Source: Octopus sinensis | Lineage: Eukaryota | Assembly (NCBI RefSeq): GCF_006345805.1 | Contig: NC_043026.1 | Location: forward strand, 2,666,001 to 2,730,000 | Direction: 5' to 3' | DNA: 64,000 nucleotides | In this document: positions 37,935 through 52,353 of the stretch, piece after piece | How the letters are laid out: each line of letters starts with the position of its first letter | How positions within the stretch are numbered: position 1 is the stretch's first letter | Translations under genes and position numbers: made by a program | Notes under the pieces: model-generated | The model's input: only the letters and a program-made list of their open reading frames with translations | Databases searched by the model: none | What the model was told of the DNA's origin: nothing

Positions 37935-38965
37935 ATGCAAACACACTCACACACACACACACACACACACATGCACATATTCACACACACACACATGCAA
38001 TCACACACATACACACATGCAATCACACACATACACACATGCTATCACACACATACACAGGTGCATGCACACACACACACACACACATGCACATTCACAC
38101 ACACACACACGCAATCACACACATACACAGGTGCATGCACGCACACACACACACACACATGCACATTCACACACACACACACGCAATCACACACATATAC
38201 AGGTGCATGCACGCACACACACACACACACACATGCACATTCACACACACACACAGCAATCACACACATACACAGGTGCATGCACGCACACCAACACACA
38301 CACATGCACATTCACACACACACACGCAATCACACACATACACAGGTGCATGCACGCACACACCACACGCACATGCACATTCACACACACACCAACGCAA
38401 TCAACACATACACAGGTGCATGCACGCACACACACACACACACATGCACATTCACACACACACACGCAATCACACACATACACAGGTGCATGCACGCACA
38501 ACACACACACGCACATGCACATCACACACACACACGCAATCACACACACATACACAGGTGCATGCACGCACACCACACACACACACATGCACATTCACAC
38601 ACACCACACACGCAATCACACACATACACAGGTGCATGCACGCACACACACACACGCACATGCACATTCACACACACACACGCAATCACACACATACACA
38701 TGTACATGCATGCACATACACACACGCACACATGCACATATTCACACACACGCACTCACACAATCACACACACATGCTATCACACACATACACAGATGCA
38801 GGCAAACACACACACATTAACTCATACATGAACATGCACAGAAATACACACACTAACACACACACATGGACTTATTCACAATCACACACACACACGCATG
38901 TACAGGTCAACACATTCACATGTAGATGAACACACACACATACAAGAACATGTGTGAACACACAC
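37935..38965. repeat. CA-rich compound minisatellite (~60-bp unit with ACAGGTGCATGCACGCA core)
   Basis: Repeated CATACACAGGTGCATGCACGCACACA...CATGCACATTCAC...GCAATCAC units. Confidence 0.9.
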
Positions 38966-38979
38966 ACACACATATAACC

Positions 38980-39205
38980 TATTTCTTTATTGCCCACAAG
39001 GGGCTACACATAGAGGGGACAAACAAGTACAGACAAGCGGATTAAGTCGATTCATCGCCCCCAGTGCGTCACTGGTACTTAATTCATCGACCCCGAAAGG
39101 ATGAAAGGTAGTCGACCGTGGCGGAATTTGAACTCAGAACGCAGCGGCAGACGGAATACTGCTAAGCGTTTCGCCCGGCTTGCTAATGATTCTGCCAGCT
39201 CACCA
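38980..39205 (-). mobile_element. SINE family C
   Basis: Matches 60470-60736. Confidence 0.75.
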
Positions 39206-39454
39206 CACACACATATAACCCACCACATTGTCAGCATCCTCAGAGTTCACGCAGAAAGAAACTAAAATCCGAATGTGATGTGGGCAAGTTCATTAAGCAG
39301 TGATGTCGATCAAACCCAGCTTGACTGAAATGTCTGCCAATGGCAAAATAAGAAAGTCCCCTCAGTGATTTTGTAACGATATAATCCTTTCGTGGATCCC
39401 TGACTCTCCCACAAAACCTTCTTTTCTTTCTCTTGTCAGTTGTTTGATGACTTG

Positions 39455-39892
39455 AAATCTTCAAAGCCACAGTCGAACCAATTCTACTCTATGGCTCAGA
39501 AACCTGGACGTTATCAAAGAAGCTTGAGAGGCGGTTGGATGGAACCTACACTCGCCTCCTTATGAGAGCTCAAAATCTCTCGTGGAAGCGTCATCCAACC
39601 AAAATGCAAATATATGGGAAACTACCACCTGTGTCATCTCTTGTGAAAGGTAGGAGAGTCCAGTTTGCTGGACATTGTTGTAGAGCTGAAAACGAGGCAA
39701 TTTCTACTCTTCTCCTCTGGAAGCCATCTACTCGCAATACCAGAGGGCGCACACTCTCCTACCCTGATGTAATCTCCAGGGATACAGGCATCCAGCAACA
39801 GGACCTCCGTAATGCCATGATGAACCGTGAAGTCTGGTGTAGCATGGTAAATTCCATTGTCTCGACCACGGTCGAACAATGATGATGATGAA
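39455..39892 (+). mobile_element. RTE family F 3' fragment (longest copy)
   Basis: FKATVEPILLYGSETWTLSKKLERRLDGTYTRLL...VEQ* plus (TGA)n. Confidence 0.85.
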
Positions 39893-40104
39893 GATTGATG
39901 ATCTCACATATGTCAGTCTCATCAAAAACAGAAAAAAAAAAAAGAAATGTGCCCTGTACGCCCTGTAAAATGGTTAGTATTAGGAAGGGGGCCCCAGCCA
40001 GAAACAGACAATGCAGTCCTTCAGTTTTTTGACCCCTAGTCCAACCATACTGCTACATGAAATGGGCCTAGCTGCTTAGACTTTTCGTTTTCTTTTTTTT
40101 TTTT

Positions 40105-40530
40105 GCTTTTGTCATTTGGCTCTGGCCATGCTGGAGCATCACTTTAAGGGGTTTTAGTCAAACAAATCAACCCCAGGACTTACCCTTTGTAAGCCTAGTA
40201 CTTATTCCATCAGTCAATTATGCCGAACTGCTAAGTTATGGGGACATAAACACACCAACATCGGTGCTGGAACAAACGCAGACACAAACACACAGACATA
40301 TGCATATACTTATACATACATACATTCATAATTATATATATATATATAACACACACACATATATATATGATAGGCTTCTTTCAGTTTCCATCAGCCAAAT
40401 CCACTCACAAGGCTTTGGATGCCCTGGGGCTGTAGTAGAATACACCTGCCCAAGGTGCCATGCAGTGAGACTGAACCCAGAACCGTGTGCTTGGGAAGCA
40501 AGTTTCTTACCACACAGCCACATCTGTGCT
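40105..40530 (-). mobile_element. Older, diverged SINE family A copy
   Basis: Degenerate match to the family. Confidence 0.7.
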
Positions 40531-40643
40531 TATATTCACTTTTATTATACACATCAGCATTTTACTAGATCAGCCATTAATTTATATGCTACACATATGT
40601 ATTCCTAGGTGGATTTAGCTAAATCATTCGACCAATGGAGTAG

Positions 40644-40690
40644 GCACGGCTGATGAGTCTACAACTGACAGGCAAAACCTGGTCCAGTGC
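40644..40690 (+). ncRNA. Degenerate hammerhead motif
   Basis: GCACGG-CTGATGA-GTCT/AGGC-[A]AAAC-CTG-GTC-CAGTGC. GAAA reads AAAA (plausible CpG decay) and stem I has one mismatch. Confidence 0.45.
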
Positions 40691-40825
40691 TTTTAGCTCT
40701 GCTCATGGGGTGGTTATCTCCCCTGTCAGTGTATGTAAACTGTGTCCTTCATGCACCATGAAGGGTTTTAACTCTTATTTCTTGCAGTACCCTCAGTCGT
40801 AATTAATGACAATTTAATTTTTCCT

Positions 40826-40856
<31 letters not shown>

Positions 40857-40875
40857 CATACATATACATATACAC

Positions 40876-40913
<38 letters not shown>

Positions 40914-40914
<1 letters not shown>

Positions 40915-41198
40915 GAGGCGCAATGGCCCAGTGGTTAGGGCAGCGGACTCGCGGTCGTAGGATCGCGGTTTCGATTCCCAGACCGGGCGTTGTGAGTGTT
41001 TATTGAGCGAAAACTCCTAAAGCTCCACGAGGCTCCGGTAGGGGCTGGTGGCTATCCCTGCTGTACTCATTCGCCACAACTTTCTCTCACTCTTCTGTCG
41101 GCCTGCTCGCTTAGCCAGCGGGGTGGCGTCATTTGAAGGCTACAACAATGTGAAATGCATTGTGACCAGCGATGTGTAGCAATATCTGATAGCCTGGT
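40914..41198 (+). mobile_element. SINE family B
   Basis: Matches the family. Confidence 0.85.
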
Positions 41199-41203
41199 CA
41201 AAA

Positions 41204-41243
<40 letters not shown>

Positions 41244-41490
41244 GGAGAGTTCACACAAAAAAGCAAAAGACGAAGACAGGTGGTGTAGAAAACAAACAGA
41301 TGTATTAGTATAACGCTCAGGAATTGAAATATATATATATATATATAGGCACAACATGGCTGGTTGGTTCAAGAGCTTACATGTCAAAACGTGGTCTTGG
41401 ATTCAGTTCCACCATGCAGCAACTTGGGCAAGAATTCTCTATCAGAGCTGTGGGTCAACAGAACCCTGTCTTTGTGTAGGTGGTGTGTTT

Positions 41491-41523
<33 letters not shown>

Positions 41524-41654
41524 ATATATATATGTGTGTGCATATATATATATATGCATGTATATATATATATATGTATATATAGTTGTGTATGAATGTA
41601 TATAAAGGTATATATGTCTTTGTCTATATAATATACTTCTCTCTCTCTCTGTAT

Positions 41655-41704
<50 letters not shown>

Positions 41705-43810
41705 GTGTGTGTGTATGTATGTATATACAGAGAGAGAGAGAAGTATATTATATAGACAAATATCAATATACATATGTACATATGTATACAGAGACATCCT
41801 AAGTCATATCTAGTGAGGCGTGAGTGTTTCCTTTTTGGTCTTATATTGCACAATATCTGCTTTAATTATTTGATAATTTTAACATTAGCATTTTGTTAAG
41901 TCAGCCATAGATTCATAATGGTAAATATATATAAAGACTGGGCGTTGGAATTTAGCTTGACCATCCAGTGACGGAGAAGTCACTACTGGTGAATTAGACA
42001 ATGATCTCACTCTCTGTGGAGCAGTTATCTCCCCCTGACAGAATATAACATGTACTTGCTAATCTGCACCCTCAGTCACAACTAGGGACAACTGAATTTT
42101 TCCTTTTCAGTTATATAAATACATACATAGATACATACATACACATATAATATATATATATACATATACATATATATATATATATGTATGTATATACAAA
42201 AATAAGCAACAAGAATGACTCTGGTGATTTGGTACAATTGTTTCATACTACAACATTTTATTAAAAGCTGTAAATATTACAGCAGATTTAAGATGCTGAG
42301 TAATCTTCAGCCAATTTATATAGGTTTTCCAATAATATAAAAGCTTTCAAATCAATTAGTAACATTTTAGAGAAGGTAAATATACAGATAAAATGTAGAT
42401 ATGAATCTTAGGAACATGAGGTCGTGTAGTTGAGATGTATATATATATATATATATAGTCGTATAGTTGAGATATATATATATGTATGTATGTATGTATG
42501 CATGTATACACAAATATATATATGTATGTAAGTACACACACATACATATATATGTGTATATATATGTATGTATATATGCCATATTGTATCCCTCAGTATA
42601 AGTTTACTTGTTATGGGTCCTGGTCACTTCTGAAATGATTTTCTCTCATCAAACCAATGATTTGCAACTCCTTCTGAAAGTTGTTGGTTTAACTCACTTT
42701 GGGAGCACAGAGGATCAGCCTGGTCAATATATCGTTGCCGAAACCTCATGTGGAACATAGCTCCACTCATGGCTAAGTAATCTTGCTTGTGAAAGTCATC
42801 CTCGATCACATGCCTTGTTGGGTCCAAAACCCTTTTCTCAGGCAGTCTTACTGCTTCCATGTGTTTCAGGATATGTTTCGATTGGATCTAAGCTAGTTTT
42901 ATACTTACGCTTTTGTAAATTAGTCTTGGTTTGGAGGGTTCCACAAGCGCCCATATGTCTGAGAAACAGATCTTGGTCCAGCATTGTAGTTTTGGTTTGC
43001 TTCCTACAGCTTGATACCCGTTCTAACAACAAAACCTTTTGCAGGATGTACAGGACGCATATGTTGTAGCACCAGCACCGTAAGAGTGGAACTGCCATCA
43101 GCAACTCATGGTGATTACTCTCAAACCCTGAATTTTCACTGCCTGAATTGAAAACCAATGGGCAGTTTTTATAGCTCCAGCATGGTCAGTTCACCTTGTG
43201 ACTCACAAGGCGAAAGTGAGTCCCCATGGTGGAGGGAAGTTGTTTATTGCTATGAAAAATCGCAGTGGGGAGAATATCTAGGTACTCACACACACACACA
43301 CACACAATTGTTTTGTTGGTTTGTGTCCTTAAGTGCACTACAGAATCCTTGGCTAAAGAACTCAGCAGTGACTGGAGAGTCCCTTTTTCCTGTCGTCACT
43401 TTTTTTTTTTGATACCAGCTTCACAAAACGGTCACAGGTATTTAAAGACAGTATTGACACATACATGTGTGAGTGTGTACACACATACATACATGCATAT
43501 ATATGTGTGCATGTATATATATATATATGTGTGTGTGTGTATCACTATTCAAAATATGTGGTAAACCTGAAGTGTGTTTATTTCTAGTTGTGTAAAATAT
43601 ATATATTTGGTCAAAATCAAAATGAAATATAGTATGCAAAACAACAGTGAAGAACAGAATAGACATGGAAAGCCTCTCGTCAGCCGTGGTGTTCAGAGGT
43701 CAGCATAATTGCAGCACATTAAAAAAGACTGAACATATTACACACACGTATATTTATCTATATCTAAATCAATATCTATATGTATCCATATATTATATAT
43801 CATCTATATC

Positions 43811-43865
<55 letters not shown>

Positions 43866-44422
43866 GTAACCTTACAGAGTAAAGTGGATAAGTTTCAAGC
43901 CCTCATGGAATGACCAAAAATTACTTGGTGAGAATTTTCATTTTTGTTTGTACAAGCTATACACTGCTGCAACACTTTATCTATCTACCTATCCATCTAT
44001 CTCTATCAAGCTATTTATGTACCTGTCTATCTATTCATTTATCTATCCTCCAACCTATATACCTACCTGAGATTATGCATGTATATTTGTGAGTGTGTAT
44101 ATATATATATATTATATATATATATACATATATAATATGTGAGTGTATGTTTATACGGGTTTAAGAATATCTTGTCTCTGCTTGTCTGTTAAAATTTCTA
44201 TTCATATTTTATATACATATACTTTATATACAGTTTATATACACACTGTTTCCCTCTTTATCCCACATGAGAGCTTTTGTGTGTTTTCGTATTTGTGCAT
44301 ACACACATCACCTCACACACTCACACATATAGAGTGTAATATATATATATATATATAAAGTTAATCCGAACATGAAAACACAAAGAGAAAACACAACAAC
44401 GTGGAACAATATATATATATAT

Positions 44423-44638
44423 ATACAAAATTTAGAGGATTGACTATGGACAGCCTGGATGCTAGATATAGATGCCAAAATTGCCATTATCCATGAAGAA
44501 TGTGTTCTCAAGAAAAAAATTCAGCAAAAAACCAAAGTTTTTTCTTGAGAACATTCTTTGTGGATAATGGCGATTTTGACATCTATATCTAGCATACAGG
44601 CTGTCCACTCTTAGTGGTCGATCCTCTAAATTTTGTAT
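44423..44638. repeat. Fold-back element followed by a CTAGGCCACTGGT tail
   Basis: Arms of about 90 bp with a short A/T loop; related to 17888-18226. Confidence 0.8.
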
Positions 44639-47314
44639 GTAAAAAAATTTTTTATCTTTGGTTGTTTTAAAATATCCTAGGCCACTGGTTTTAATTGATT
44701 GATATCAATTTCTACCCTTATTTAATTTCATATATAAAATATATATATATATATAATATATATATATATATTATATAAAACTTATTACTTAATAAATGAA
44801 AAAATGGTTTTGTAAATACTCAGACAACCAATATAAACTGTATAACATGTATTGAGTACATGAATGGACAGAAGATCCCTACTTCTTCATTAGTTACCAA
44901 CCAAATGGTACTACTCAGTTTTGAACCATTAAATATTGTTGCTTGTGTATTTGCTATACATTTTTTTTCATTTATTATACACACACGCAGACACCACATA
45001 TGTGTATGTATGTATATATATATACACACACATATATACAAAATATATAACATATATATGTGTGTGTGTGTGTGTATACATATATATTATATATATATAT
45101 ATACACACACATATATACACAATATATATATAATATATATATACACACACACATATATATGCATAATATATATATAATATATATATATGTATGTATGTAT
45201 TTTATTTTTTATTTATTTATCATATATATATACATGTATGTGTGTATATGTGCAAATGTCTCTATCTATATCTATCTATAAATATGTATACACTCACACA
45301 TACATACGTATATTTCAAATTCTTGTAGAGATTTTAGCATACAGATATTTGGATATATATATATGTGTGTGTGTTTGTAATGTACTTCCATATTTCTATG
45401 GATCTATATACTGGAATAAATATATTCATACCATCTTTCCTCCTCTCCTCGACCTGTCCTTCATTCTCCATCTTTTCCCTGCTTCCCTTTACAGTATATA
45501 AATATATTCCTATGCAACCATATAAGCATCTGTTTATGTGCTTATGTGTGTGTGATACTATTAACTGAAAGACTGCATGTGTGTGCATATATATATATAT
45601 ATAACATGAAGAATGTCAGGAGGTGTGAGATGAATATATTTATTATTCGTTCCACCAGTTGATATCCATGGATATCAACTGATGAAATCCAACATCATGG
45701 AAAAATAATTTATTTTAGTGTATCATAAATTATACACTAATGTCTGGACTAGTGTGTATGTTATAAATTGCATAGTACTATTGTACGTTTTACAAACCAA
45801 TGCAGGTACTGAAGGCTAACTCTTCAGATTAACAGAAAAATATCATGGTTGCATCAATCTTTTTCAACTCCAGTGTACACATACAAGAAATAATCTTACA
45901 CCCACACACACATATATATGTTTTTAAACATGGCTGTTGACTTGTTAAGCAAGTATGACCATGACTGACTAAATAAAGTATACTGCAGTATTACATTTTG
46001 TGAGAATGACAATGGCTTTTGAATCCTACTGGTGACTTACAGACCCTGTTGCAGGTTTGTCATCCATACAAATTCTTCTGGCTTCTTTGTTGTTCCAGAT
46101 CATTATAATGATTTTCTCTGAGCAGCCTCATGTATGTATGTGTATATATATATATATATAAAAATTTTAAAAATTTGGAGACAACAAGAAGGAGTACAGT
46201 TGGACATTTCTTTTTCAGTTACTACATTCAGGCTACAACAGACAGAGAGGAAGAGAGTATGTTCTTGAAGCCAAAGATTTTCAACTTACAGAAACATTAT
46301 TTATATATCGCCTGAGGAAACACAACTAGATCTCATAATGAAAGGAGACAGTTGCATAATCAAGTACCTGCATGGCTGGGGAAGTGTGTTGCGTAGCTAC
46401 AATTGTAGTGATTAAAAAATAAATACCCAGCCAGACTCCTTCTTGTTGACTCCAAATTTTTTCAGTTATCTATTCACACGTGGCAGAAGCCCAAACTCAA
46501 ACCTGGAAGTACATAGAATACTCCTACTGGATAGCACAGGGTGAAATCCAAAGGTGGATGAACTTTATTTTGTACTCTATTACGTTCTTAAAAGAATGTA
46601 CCAAAACTATATATAAATTTATAAGTGACAACATTTTGTAAACAAACTTCGGAAGCATCGAATGTGATTCGTATTTCAGAGACAAGAATGTAATACATCG
46701 AATACAGTCTAGCTGTGAAAGGAGCAGGAAGACCCAAATTAGGGGTAAAGTTGTCAATAGACAATCCTGGGACTTGAACCTCAGGTACAGACTGAGCACT
46801 CTACTATTAAGCTAAACGGCCTGCTTATTGCTAGAATACTTAGCCAGTATATGAGGGGTGCAGGTTCAAGTCCTGTACCTCTCTGCTGATAACATTTTTC
46901 TTCTGTTAAAATACCCAATTTTTCTGGGGTTTTTTATGGCTTGACTGCATTCAAAATTTATTTTCTTGTCTGCTATATATATATACATATATATATATAT
47001 GTATCGTTATACATATATATATATGTATGTATATATACATATATATAGATACATATGTATATAAGTATGTATATATATATATATGTGTGTGTGTGTATAT
47101 GTGAGAAAGGTAAGTTCAAAAAGAACAATTCAAATTTTTTGTGGGATCCAAAAAGGGAGAAAAAGGGATTTCTTATAAGGATTCATCATATTCATTAAAA
47201 TCAGCCAAAATAGGTAATAAGAGTATTACATATTCTTATTCTCAAATATATATATGTATATATATATGTGTACATATACATATATATATATATATATACA
47301 TATATATATACGTG

Positions 47315-47349
<35 letters not shown>

Positions 47350-48219
47350 ATTAATAATTAAGACTACTAACAGGCAGTACCATCATGCTAAATAAATCAC
47401 AAATCTACTGAAAACCTGTGGTTTGGTCATTTTGGCTGCTATATTTAGCATGCCTGTTAGTACCCTTAATTACCAACTGATAATTTTAATCCTTTATGGG
47501 GTTTTTATGCATACTAAGCCACTGATATCATTATAAACAATGATATCCTCATATATATATATATGTATATATATATGTATATGTATATACATATATATAT
47601 CTGTATGTATGTATATGTCTTCGTCCAAAATAGAGATGGACACCTGCTAAGTGACTGCGTTTCCCTTCCACTCTCCATTCTTGTGATGAAAAAAGGAAAA
47701 CAACAGAGAAACAAGGAGGCGTGAGATTTGACCATTTACGGAAAAGAGAAATTTTAGTTCAATCTCCAGGACGTTAGGTCTTTGCATAACTTCCCTACTA
47801 TATATCGAATGTCTGGTGCTTATGTGCGTGTGTATACATAAAGAGTGAAGACGCCCTTCGGTCATGAATGGCCGTGGGACTGCACCCAGAAAGTTCCCCT
47901 CCGAGGCGCAAGTCCAGGCAAGACTTTCTGAAAGACCATGCACACCAGCCTCCCTTCTCCTTGCCATCAATGTTATCTGAGAAGAAGGCAAAGGGGCTGA
48001 TACAGCTTGGCACCAGTGATGTCACAACTCATTTCTACAGCTGAGAGAAATGGAGCAACAGGAAATAAAGTGTCTTGCTCAAGAACACAACTCACAGCCC
48101 GGTCTGGGATTCGAACTCACAACCTCATGATTGTGACTTTGACTCTCTAACCACTCATCCATGGGCCTTCACTATATATACACACACACACATAGATACA
48201 CATATATATATACATATAC

Positions 48220-48260
<41 letters not shown>

Positions 48261-49063
48261 CATATACACATAGACACACACACATTTATTTATATAGATA
48301 TGTATGTATATATTTGTATGTATGTGTGTAGGTATATATATACGTTTATAGTCATCTGAGCATCTACTAGTGAACCAATCTTATTAATCTGTCTCACACC
48401 AACTATTAAATAACTGGACATCAGAGAACAAGATGGTCAGTAACAGTTGGTAGATCCCCCCATTCAATTATCTTGACATTTTCTCACCTCCAATGACAGA
48501 GAGTATTTTTTTTCCTACCTGCCATCTCTGAGGAGCGCATTGTGTTAGTTAACCACACTTTTTAATGTAATACTCATTTCTCCGATACACAGTGTGAAAC
48601 TGATTTGTAAGATCAGCTGCAATGGATCTACAACACTCTATCCTTTTATATATATTTATGTATGTGTACATGCTTACCATCGTCATCAACATGTTCTCTC
48701 CTTTCCCATGCTGACATGGCCTGAAGGATGAGTGGGACATAAGCTTCAGGGTGTCTCGTTTTGCTCGTCATTGGACACGCCTTCTAAAAAACACAAAAGT
48801 CACTTGACAGACAGTATTGAGTGCTGCATTTCATCTCACCAGAACAAATGAGGTTATGCAAATATACACTCATGCATGCACACATGCAAAAACACATATA
48901 CATATCTATGTCTGTCTCTCTCTCACACACACACACATTTCAAACATTTGATATTCAACTCATCTCTTTTGACTCTAGTTTTCAGGCTTGTGAATGAGAG
49001 CCAAGTCATAACTCTCTTCTGCATGCACACACACACACACACACACACAACACACACACACAC

Positions 49064-49103
<40 letters not shown>

Positions 49104-49319
49104 TAGATATAGACGTCAAAATCGCTATTTTCCACATTCTTTGTATATATATATATATATATATATATACGTTTAAATATTTGTTGTGCAAGATTTTTTA
49201 TGTGAAGTCGTGTGTTGAAACAGATATTGTTATATTTCGGAATGGTCATATTGCCAGTTTAGCCAATAAAAACACACGCAATATATATTTGGTGTTACTT
49301 TGCTTCAGTGTTACTTATT

Positions 49320-49440
49320 TTTTACATTAATCTTAATCTTATTTCGGCCAGAGTTCTTTCGTCACACTCCTGTGACCGCATCAGTGGTCCTTTGTGACAA
49401 AAGAACTCTGGCTGAAATAAGATTAAGATTAATGTAAAAA
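49320..49440. repeat. Fold-back element with hammerhead-like motif on minus strand (49346-49390)
   Basis: Arms of about 45 bp. Minus strand GGACCA-CTGATGC-G-GTCAC-AGGAGT-GTGAC-GAAAG-AA-CTC-TGGCC. Confidence 0.75.
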
Positions 49441-49499
49441 ATAAATATATATATATATAATATGTATATATATATATATAATATGTATATATATATATG

Positions 49500-49542
<43 letters not shown>

Positions 49543-50068
49543 ATATCATCATCATTATCATCATCTAAACGATGATCATGATGATATATCATATATATAA
49601 TATATATATATATACAAAAGGTCACCTTATGATGTAGGTCTGACGAAGTGCCACTCAAATGTTTAAAGCTTCAAATATTGCAGAACCTTTCACAAATAAG
49701 TGTTGCATAAATCGGCATCAAAAACACGGTTGGTAGAGAGACAACTGTAACTGACCATAAAAGATGCACCACACGCCTTCATTGTTTTCTAATTTAAATT
49801 ACAAACACACACACACACACACACACACACAATTGCTGCATGGAAGGTGTTTATAAGCCATTTAAAAGCTCACAAAACCCGTTAGATTCACTTCCACATT
49901 CAAATTTGATTTGTCAAAATATTTCTGTCGCTTTGAGACCGTGACTGTACTGAATCTCGGGATTTTGTCAGTGAACAGGTCGAGGTCTCAAAGCGACGGA
50001 AATACTTAGGAAAATTAAGTTTATATGTTGGCATCGAGAGTTACACAGATGCCAGAACTGGCCATCAC

Positions 50069-50385
50069 TGCAGAGTGCCAAGGACTCCAAATTTGCCATC
50101 AATGTGTAAGACAAGATACTGTGATAGCCTGGGCTTCAGAGGCCCACAGCTCTTCAATATCCTCCCGAAGGACCTGAGAGACCTGCATGGGGTGGATGCA
50201 GATGTCTTTAAAATAAAACTGGATCTCTTCCTGTCAGGTGTTGCAGATGAGGGAAGCTGCATCGAACTCTCTCGTGCACCAAATGGCAATTGCTAAAAAG
50301 CATTCGTGAAGTAAAATCATGTAGCAACACCAAATGGCGGTGCCCCAGCATGGCCATGGCTTGTGAGCTGAAACTAGATAAAGAA
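50069..50385 (+). mobile_element. CR1-type LINE 3' fragment (same family as 19856-21890)
   Basis: Near-identical to 21516-21860 with an internal deletion. Confidence 0.85.
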
Positions 50386-50521
50386 AGAAGTGAATCTAAC
50401 GGGTTTTTGTGTGCTTTTAAATGGCTTCTAAACATCTTCCACGCTGCAATTGTTTTTGTTCCAGCACACAATCTCAGAGCAGGTCACTTGCTATGCAAGT
50501 ACATCTCTGTAATATATACAT

Positions 50522-50567
<46 letters not shown>

Positions 50568-50652
50568 CATACAAACATACATATATACATACATATGTAT
50601 GTATATATATGTATGATCACATCTCTGTAATATATATATGTACATACATATA

Positions 50653-50694
<42 letters not shown>

Positions 50695-50722
50695 TATATA
50701 TGTATAATGTGTGTATATATAT

Positions 50723-50763
<41 letters not shown>

Positions 50764-51280
50764 ATTCAATTAAAGAAATGGAAGAATGATTTGGTATTCA
50801 ATACGAAGAATTTTTTTGACCCAAAATTAAACCTACACACATATGTATATATTATGTGTGTGTCTATTTATACCCATGTGTGTATAACATTACATGTTTA
50901 AATTTATCACAATGTATATATGGCTTTTATATATGCTTTTTATAATATATATGTGTGTGTATGCATATGCAGCTGCCTCAGTGTCTGAATATGTGTGTGT
51001 GTTTGTGTATTCATATGTATAAACACACACACATACATACATATATATATGTGTGTGTGTGTATGTATATATATATATATATAAGCATGTGTTTATGTGC
51101 TTATGTATGTGTGATACTATTAACTGAAAGACTGCATGTGTGTGCATATATATATATATATATATAACATGAAGAATGTCAGGAGGTGTGAGATGAATAT
51201 ATTTATTATTCGTTCCACCAGTTGATATCCATGGATATCAACTGATGAAATCCAACATCATGGAAAAATATTTTATTTTA

Positions 51281-51583
51281 GCAATGGCCCAGTGGTTAGG
51301 GCAGCGGACTCGCGCTCGGAGGATCGCGTTTCGATTCCCAGACCGGGCGTTGTGAGTGTTTATTGAGCGAAAACACCTAAAGCTCCATGAGGCTCCGGCA
51401 GGGGATGGTGGTGATCCCTGCTGTACTCTTTTGCCACAAATTCTCTCACTCTTTCTTCTGTTGGCCTGCTCGCTTAGCCAGCGGGGTGGCGTCATTTGAA
51501 GGCTAAGACAATGTGAAGTGCATTGTGACCAGCGATGTGTAACAACATCTGATGGTCTGGTCGGTCATGGTGATCACGGTGAT
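51281..51583 (+). mobile_element. SINE family B
   Basis: Matches the family. Confidence 0.85.
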
Positions 51584-51840
51584 ATATATATGTATATACA
51601 AACAAAGATGTGTGAGTGGAAGGGGCATTGCTTCAGTTAGTACTTTGTGATGTTGCAAATCGTATCGACTCCATTTATAACAGTGCATAACTTTATGGTT
51701 CACTAGTGTTTTAATCATACCAATGTATATATATGTACTGTATGAGTGTGTATACATACAAACATACATTCAAACACAAAATTTTTATAAAAAATATATT
51801 ATACATATATATATATATCTATATCTATATATAAATATAT

Positions 51841-51882
<42 letters not shown>

Positions 51883-52198
51883 ATAACAAAGGGTGAAATT
51901 AATTAATTAAGAAGTAATCAAAAAATTTCACCAAGTAGAATTCGGTATGAAAACAGGACCGCTACACGGTAAATTTTAGTAATACTAATAAAGAGGGATC
52001 AGCAAAGAATTGCCTCACCGCATACCGAAGTTCAGAAATAGCAGCCAAAATCTTAGCCAAGAAATGGCTAAGATTCTTTGCTGAACCCTTTTTATTAGTA
52101 TATATATATATATATATAAATATGCTCACATATATTGTGGATATTACATGCTTACAGATATGATACAATTACCCTCACATCAATGTATTGTCAAGTGC

Positions 52199-52230
<32 letters not shown>

Positions 52231-52353
52231 GTGTATGTATATATGTATTTATAGATATGCATATATATTTGTACACAGATAAGTGTATATATTTTTACAT
52301 ATATTTGTGTGTGTATATATATATATATATGTGTATGTATATATACAGACACA

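Noticed and set aside
37847-38929. 298-360-aa His/Thr-rich ORFs
   Set aside because: All three frames are open only because the CA-rich minisatellite lacks stop codons.
42624-43160. Possible Penelope GIY-YIG relic on the minus strand
   Set aside because: No clear GIY/YIG or RxxEH motif recoverable by eye.
45678-45705. CTGATGA...GAAA next to the 26-bp palindrome as a hammerhead
   Set aside because: Stem II does not pair convincingly, and no stem III or NUH site follows.
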